From the NCBI GenBank assembly GCA_001802945.1, contig MHAK01000080.1:687-64686 (forward strand): a DNA stretch of 64,000 nucleotides, written 5' to 3'. A model generated the notes under the pieces. The model did not search any database, was not told where the DNA came from, and saw only the letters and a list, made by a program, of their open reading frames with translations. The position numbers and the translations under genes are program-made. This DNA comes from Ignavibacteria bacterium RIFCSPLOWO2_12_FULL_56_21 (lineage in GTDB: Bacteria > Bacteroidota > Ignavibacteria > UBA10030). Positions within the stretch are counted from its first letter, which is position 1, and every line of letters starts with the position of its first letter. Positions 58,851-64,000 of this stretch are shown here, in pieces.

Positions 58851-60245
58851 ATGAGTGCGGGGACGCCGCTGAGATCAGACCTGAAACGTGATAGTCATAG
58901 AGCGCCCGAATCGCGCATCTCTACGCTGCCGACCGGCGTTTCGTCGTATGAAGAGGCGATCGGTTTTCTCTATGGACTGCAGTCGTTCGGCATAAAACTC
59001 GGACTTCACAACATCAGATTCCTTCTGAAGAAGTTGGGGGACCCTCATCGTCGGTTCCGTGTGATTCACGTTGCCGGCACAAACGGCAAGGGCTCCACGG
59101 CCTCCATGATCGCAGCGATCCTCACCGCCGCGGGCCGGAAAACTGCGCTGTACACGTCGCCGCATCTCGTGGATTTTACAGAGCGCATGAGGGTAGACGG
59201 AAGAGCCGTTTCGAAAGAATCGGTTGTCCAATGGACGCACGTGCTGGAGGCAGATGTTCAACGCATATCTGCGACTTTTTTCGAGACCGTGACGGCCATG
59301 GCCTTCGCCTGGTTTGCCGAAGAGAGGGTGGACTGGGCAGTCGTGGAAACGGGGTTGGGGGGACGTCTCGATGCGACGAACGTCGTTCACCCGGAGCTGA
59401 CGGTCCTCACATCGATCGGAAAAGAACACACCGCAATCCTCGGTCGCACGTTCACCGCCATCGCACGGGAAAAGGCGGGCATTCTTAAGCACTCCATACC
59501 GTGCATCTGCGGTGTCGAGCGACGAGCTGCGGCCGATGTTATCAGGTCGACGGCCAAGTCGCTTCGGGCGCCGATCCGATGGTCGACGGCAGGTCGGGTC
59601 GTTCTCCGCAGACAAGACATTGAACATGTGCATCTCGATGTCGATGGTCCGTATGGTCGATGGAAGAACCTGGAGGTTGGATTGGGGGGGAAATACCAGA
59701 TAAAGAACGTTCGCCTGGCGCTTTTAGCGGTGCATGTCTTGAATGCGCGGAAGGCATTGAGCATCCCCGAATCCGCAGTACGCACTGGGCTTCGCCGGGT
59801 GAAAGAGCTGTCGGGAATTCGGGGCAGAATGTCTGTAGTTCATCGGCAGCCCAGGATTCTTGTCGATGTTGCGCATAATCCGGACGCAATGCGGGAACTT
59901 GCCGCGGCTCTGCGTGCAATGGACCTGAAGCGCTTGCACGTGGTATTCGGCGTCGCCCGGGACAAGGATGTTCGATCGATGGCTCGAGCGTTGAAGCCGT
60001 GCGTCGTCGATGTGATGATTGTCGCAGCGCGCACGCCCAGATCGGTCCCAGCAGAAGAGTTGCTCGCGATCTTCCATTCTATGGGAATCGATGCGACGGT
60101 CGCCCGATCGGTGGAAGACGCGGTGCGAACACTCCGCGACGGGTCGGACCCAACGTCGACAATTCTGGTCACCGGTTCGCATTTCGTCGCAGGCGAGGCA
60201 GTTGCATTTCTGGAAGGCCGCGAGTACTTGACAATCAGTCAATAA
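58851..60245 (+). CDS. folC: Folylpolyglutamate synthase / dihydrofolate synthase
   Basis: HVAGTNGKGST, YTSPHL, ETGLGGRLDATNV, DVAHNP, TGSHF. Confidence 0.95.
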   Translation: MSAGTPLRSDLKRDSHRAPESRISTLPTGVSSYEEAIGFLYGLQSFGIKLGLHNIRFLLKKLGDPHRRFRVIHVAGTNGKGSTASMIAAILTAAGRKTALYTSPHLVDFTERMRVDGRAVSKESVVQWTHVLEADVQRISATFFETVTAMAFAWFAEERVDWAVVETGLGGRLDATNVVHPELTVLTSIGKEHTAILGRTFTAIAREKAGILKHSIPCICGVERRAAADVIRSTAKSLRAPIRWSTAGRVVLRRQDIEHVHLDVDGPYGRWKNLEVGLGGKYQIKNVRLALLAVHVLNARKALSIPESAVRTGLRRVKELSGIRGRMSVVHRQPRILVDVAHNPDAMRELAAALRAMDLKRLHVVFGVARDKDVRSMARALKPCVVDVMIVAARTPRSVPAEELLAIFHSMGIDATVARSVEDAVRTLRDGSDPTSTILVTGSHFVAGEAVAFLEGREYLTISQ

Positions 60246-60256
60246 TGGACTATACT
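60228..60256 (+). promoter_or_regulatory. sigma70 promoter of rho, overlapping the folC end
   Basis: TTGACA-17 bp-TATACT. Confidence 0.75.
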
Positions 60257-60429
60257 CGTGTGGGGCGTCCGCCCCATCCGTTCTGTTTCTTTCCATCCGT
60301 CTCATTTCTCCGACGTCACTTAATCTCCCTATCTGACCTCGTTTTTTTCTTCGAGTGTACCGTTGCGGACCATCTTACCCGCGCTTCGCGCGCACTTCTG
60401 TTTGTCACTTTATGTAGGGGTACCTTCGC

Positions 60430-61683
60430 ATGCCGATGGACATAACTGAACTCAAGTCGAAAAAGATCGCCGAGCTCAATGAGATCGCAAAAGAGCAGAA
60501 TATTCCCGGCTACAGCGATCTCCGAAAGCAGGAACTGATCTTCAAGATCCTTGAGGCGCAAAGCCAGAAGGACGGTCTTGGCTTCAGCAAAGGAGTGTTG
60601 GAAGTACTCCCCGACGGGTATGGATTCCTCCGCTCGGTGAGCTACAACTACCTTCCCTCTCCCGACGACATTTACGTCTCGCCTTCGCAGATCAAGAAAT
60701 TCGGACTTCGCACGGGGGACACTGTCACCGGACAGGTACGGCCCCCGAAGGAAGGGGAGCGGTTCTTTGCCCTGCTCCGCGTAGAAGCGGTCAATGAGGA
60801 CCATCCGGATCAGATCAGGGAACGCGTACTGTTCGATAACCTCACGCCGTTATACGCCGCAAGCCGCATCAAGCTCGAAACGGTTCCCGGTGAATACGCC
60901 ATGCGCGTGCTTGATCTGTTGTCGCCCATAGGCAAGGGACAGCGGGGCATGATCGTCTCCCCGCCAAAAGCCGGAAAGACCATCCTTCTGCAGAAGATCG
61001 CCAACAGCATCGCCCGCAACCATCCCGAAGTCAAGCTGATCGTCCTCCTGATCGACGAACGTCCCGAAGAGGTGACTGACATGGAACGATCAGTCAGTGC
61101 TGAGGTGGTCAGTTCGACGTTCGACGAACCGCCTGAGCGCCACGTGCAGGTGTCCGACATGGTCCTCGAAAAAGCGAAACGGCTTGTGGAGGCCAAGAAG
61201 GATGTCGTGGTGCTTCTGGACAGCATCACGCGTCTGGCCCGGGCCCACAACACGGTTGTTCCGCATTCCGGAAAGATCCTGTCCGGCGGTGTGGACGCGA
61301 ATGCGCTCCATCGTCCAAAACGATTCTTCGGCGCGGCCCGCAACATTGAAGAAGGCGGAAGCCTGACGATCATTGCAACGGCTCTTGTGGAAACGGGCAG
61401 CCGAATGGATGAAGTGATCTTCGAGGAATTCAAAGGAACGGGCAACATGGAGATCGTGCTCGATCGGGGTCTGAGCGACAAGCGCGTCTTCCCGGCCATC
61501 AATGTCAACCGGTCCGGAACGCGCAAAGAAGAGCTCCTGATGGACGCCGACGATTTGAGCCGAGTATGGATCCTGCGCAAGTTCCTCAGTGACCTCAGTC
61601 CGATCGAATCGATGGAGCTCCTGCTGGACAAGATGCGGGGCACGAAATCGAACAAGGAATTCCTCAAGGTCATGAACAGCTGA
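60430..61683 (+). CDS. rho: Transcription termination factor Rho
   Basis: [52 protein letters not shown]. Confidence 0.98.
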   Translation: MPMDITELKSKKIAELNEIAKEQNIPGYSDLRKQELIFKILEAQSQKDGLGFSKGVLEVLPDGYGFLRSVSYNYLPSPDDIYVSPSQIKKFGLRTGDTVTGQVRPPKEGERFFALLRVEAVNEDHPDQIRERVLFDNLTPLYAASRIKLETVPGEYAMRVLDLLSPIGKGQRGMIVSPPKAGKTILLQKIANSIARNHPEVKLIVLLIDERPEEVTDMERSVSAEVVSSTFDEPPERHVQVSDMVLEKAKRLVEAKKDVVVLLDSITRLARAHNTVVPHSGKILSGGVDANALHRPKRFFGAARNIEEGGSLTIIATALVETGSRMDEVIFEEFKGTGNMEIVLDRGLSDKRVFPAINVNRSGTRKEELLMDADDLSRVWILRKFLSDLSPIESMELLLDKMRGTKSNKEFLKVMNS

Positions 61684-61693
61684 TGACAAACAT

Positions 61694-62881
61694 ATGAGCA
61701 CTACTGCGGAAGTGGTCATCGTCGGGGCATGTCGGACGCCCGTTGGTTCGTTCCAGGGATCACTGAGCGCACTTACGGCCCCGAAGCTCGGCGCGATCGT
61801 GATTAAGGAGGCCCTCCGGCGTGCTGGAGCTCAGGCAGCCGACGTGGACGAGGTAATCATGGGCAATGTACTGACGGCCGGAGAAGGTCAGGCACCGGCA
61901 CGACAGGCCGCATTGTTCGCCGGACTTCCTCAGTCGGTTGAATGTATGACGATCAATAAAGTGTGCGGGTCCGGGCTGAAGGCCGTGATGCTCGCTGCGC
62001 AGGCAATTCAACTCGGTCACGCGAATGTCATCGTCGCCGGCGGCATGGAAAGCATGTCCAACGTGCCGTATATCCTGGACAAGGCTCGTTCGGGCTATCG
62101 CCTGGGTCATGGACAAATCGTCGATGCCATGATCAAGGACGGTTTGTGGGACGTCTACAACGACTACCACATGGGTAACGCCGCAGAATTGTGCGCAAAG
62201 GAATGTGAAGTTCCGCGGGAAGCCCAGGATGCGTTTTCCATCGAGTCGTACAGGCGCGCGCAATCCGCCTGGAAGGAAGGGCGCTTCACGGACGAGGTTG
62301 TCCCGGTGTCGATCGAAGGCAGGAAGGGGACCGAAACAGTTGCACAGGACGAAGAACCATTCAAGACGAATTTTGACAAAATACCTGCTCTGAAGCCGGC
62401 ATTCGTGAAGGAGGGGACGGTCACAGCGGCCAATTCCTCAAAGATCAACGACGGCGCAGCCGCACTCGTTGTCACGACGCGTGCCGTCGCCGAAAGAAAG
62501 GGCTGGTCCCCGCTCGCGAGGATCGTCGCCTACGGTTCGCATGCGCAAAAGCCGGAGTGGTTTACGACCGCCCCTGCCGACGTGATCACGAAAGTACTGG
62601 CACGAGCGGGACTGACGCAGGATCAGATCGACTTGTTTGAGATCAACGAGGCTTTCGCAGTCGTTACACTTGCCGTTAACAAGAAACTCGGCCTCGACAA
62701 CGCGAAGGTGAACGTGAACGGAGGAGCCGTTGCGATCGGCCATCCGATCGGCGCAAGCGGCGCACGCATTCTTGTGACACTCCTCAACGCACTCAAACAG
62801 CGAAATGCACGAAGGGGTATGGCTGCGATTTGCATCGGCGGCGGTGAAGCTTCCGGAATGATTGTTGAGCGCTCGTTCTGA
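61694..62881 (+). CDS. atoB: Acetyl-CoA C-acetyltransferase (thiolase)
   Basis: [24 protein letters not shown]. Confidence 0.93.
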   Translation: MSTTAEVVIVGACRTPVGSFQGSLSALTAPKLGAIVIKEALRRAGAQAADVDEVIMGNVLTAGEGQAPARQAALFAGLPQSVECMTINKVCGSGLKAVMLAAQAIQLGHANVIVAGGMESMSNVPYILDKARSGYRLGHGQIVDAMIKDGLWDVYNDYHMGNAAELCAKECEVPREAQDAFSIESYRRAQSAWKEGRFTDEVVPVSIEGRKGTETVAQDEEPFKTNFDKIPALKPAFVKEGTVTAANSSKINDGAAALVVTTRAVAERKGWSPLARIVAYGSHAQKPEWFTTAPADVITKVLARAGLTQDQIDLFEINEAFAVVTLAVNKKLGLDNAKVNVNGGAVAIGHPIGASGARILVTLLNALKQRNARRGMAAICIGGGEASGMIVERSF

Positions 62882-62907
62882 CCAGATCTTCCAACTCACA
62901 CCTCACC

Positions 62908-63765
62908 ATGGCCAACATAACGAACGTCGCTGTCATCGGCTCGGGCACGATGGGCAACGGCATCGCACACGTATTCGCCCAACACGACTTTTCCGTTGCG
63001 CTGTGCGACGTGCAACAGGGATTTCTTGACCGCGCTCTCGCAACGATCGCCGGCAATCTCGACAGGCAAGTGAAGAAGGGAACGATTACCGAAGACATCA
63101 AGAAGAAGACCCTGGCAGGGATAACGGCAACCACTGACCTCAGTGCTGCTGTATCAACTGCGCACATCGTTATCGAAGCGGTCACGGAGAATGTGGCCGT
63201 GAAAAAAGAGCTGTATCGGAGGCTCGACAGCCTGACCCAACCGCACACGGTCCTGGCCTCTAACACTTCCTCCATTTCCATCACCGAACTCGGGGCCGTC
63301 ACCGGACGTCCCGACATGGTGATCGGCATGCATTTCATGAACCCCGTCCCAGTCATGAAGCTCGTGGAAGTCATTCGGGGTCTTGCAACATCAAACGATA
63401 CGTTTGCGATCGTCAAAGGTCTGACGGAAAAACTGGACAAGACGCCCGTTGAAGTGAACGACTATCCCGGCTTTGTGTCCAATCGGGTGTTGTTACCCAT
63501 GTTGAACGAAGCAATGTATTGCGTCATGGAAGGCGTCGCAACGCCGGAAGCGATCGATACCGTCATGAAGCTTGGCATGAATCACCCGATGGGTCCTCTG
63601 CAGCTTGCCGACTTCATCGGGTTGGATGTGTGCTTGTCGATCATGGAAGTGCTGCATACGGGGTTGGGCGACACGAAATACCGTCCGTGCCCATTGCTGA
63701 AAAAGATGGTCGCCGCAGGCCATCTCGGGAAGAAAAGCGGACGCGGTTTCTACGCCTATTCATAG
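62908..63765 (+). CDS. hbd: 3-hydroxybutyryl-CoA dehydrogenase
   Basis: [41 protein letters not shown]. Confidence 0.95.
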   Translation: MANITNVAVIGSGTMGNGIAHVFAQHDFSVALCDVQQGFLDRALATIAGNLDRQVKKGTITEDIKKKTLAGITATTDLSAAVSTAHIVIEAVTENVAVKKELYRRLDSLTQPHTVLASNTSSISITELGAVTGRPDMVIGMHFMNPVPVMKLVEVIRGLATSNDTFAIVKGLTEKLDKTPVEVNDYPGFVSNRVLLPMLNEAMYCVMEGVATPEAIDTVMKLGMNHPMGPLQLADFIGLDVCLSIMEVLHTGLGDTKYRPCPLLKKMVAAGHLGKKSGRGFYAYS

Positions 63766-63774
63766 ATATTCCCC

Positions 63775-64000
63775 ATGGACTTCGCATTCAACGAAACTCA
63801 TTTGATGATTAGAGAGACCGCCCGGAAATTCGCCGAGGAAGTTCTTGCCCCGAGCGCGGACGAACGAGATGAGAAGGAGGAATTTCCACGGGAAGCTGTG
63901 CGACAAATGGGGGAGCTGGGATTTATGGGAATGATGGTGTCGGAGCAGTATGGCGGGGCCGGACTCGATACGATCTCCTATGTCACAGCGATGGAAGAAA
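63775..64000 (+). CDS. Acyl-CoA dehydrogenase, 5' part (runs off window)
   Basis: MDFAFNETHLMIRETARKFAEEVLAP...FP....MGELGFMGM..SEQYGGAGLD...EE. Confidence 0.9.
   Translation, partial: MDFAFNETHLMIRETARKFAEEVLAPSADERDEKEEFPREAVRQMGELGFMGMMVSEQYGGAGLDTISYVTAMEE

Noticed and set aside
60810-61673. 287-aa minus-strand ORF
   Set aside because: Antisense shadow of rho.

Overview
A GC-rich, gene-dense, mostly + strand chromosomal segment. It is most likely from an FCB-group bacterium of the Ignavibacteria/Chlorobi-like type. That placement is an inference from PorV-like, PorW/SprE-like and GWxTD genes, a stand-alone atpD-atpC pair and a family-B polymerase-like gene. Content is largely housekeeping: ssb, ggt, two tandem glutamate dehydrogenases, class I fumarase, atpD/atpC, alr, manC, rlpA, purF, ftsY, mutL, split methylmalonyl-CoA mutase, maf, pyrK/pyrD, folC, rho, thiolase/hbd/acyl-CoA dehydrogenase. 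There is also a cobalamin riboswitch with a btuB/btuG-like/DUF6580 operon and three tRNAs (Thr-CGT, Ser-GGA, Ser-CGA). I saw no CRISPR array, rRNA, integrase, transposase or phage gene. The best leads are: (1) a 999-aa double-receiver/PEP-synthase-like ATP-grasp protein behind the two gdh genes; (2) an intact family-B polymerase with all exonuclease and polymerase catalytic motifs eroded; (3) a small secreted protein ending in the TWGxIK motif, a possible sorting signal; (4) a duplicated tRNA-Thr 3' half interrupted in its T-loop by a 56-bp double hairpin; (5) a receiver/HEAT/GT2/YaiO polysaccharide module split by an antisense tRNA; (6) an RpiB lacking its catalytic Cys and carrying a microcompartment-type N-terminal domain; (7) a CTAG-bounded tandem MITE-like element; (8) a PTPS-folE-SDR tetrahydrobiopterin-type operon. 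All family calls come from reading motifs by eye; no database searches were run.
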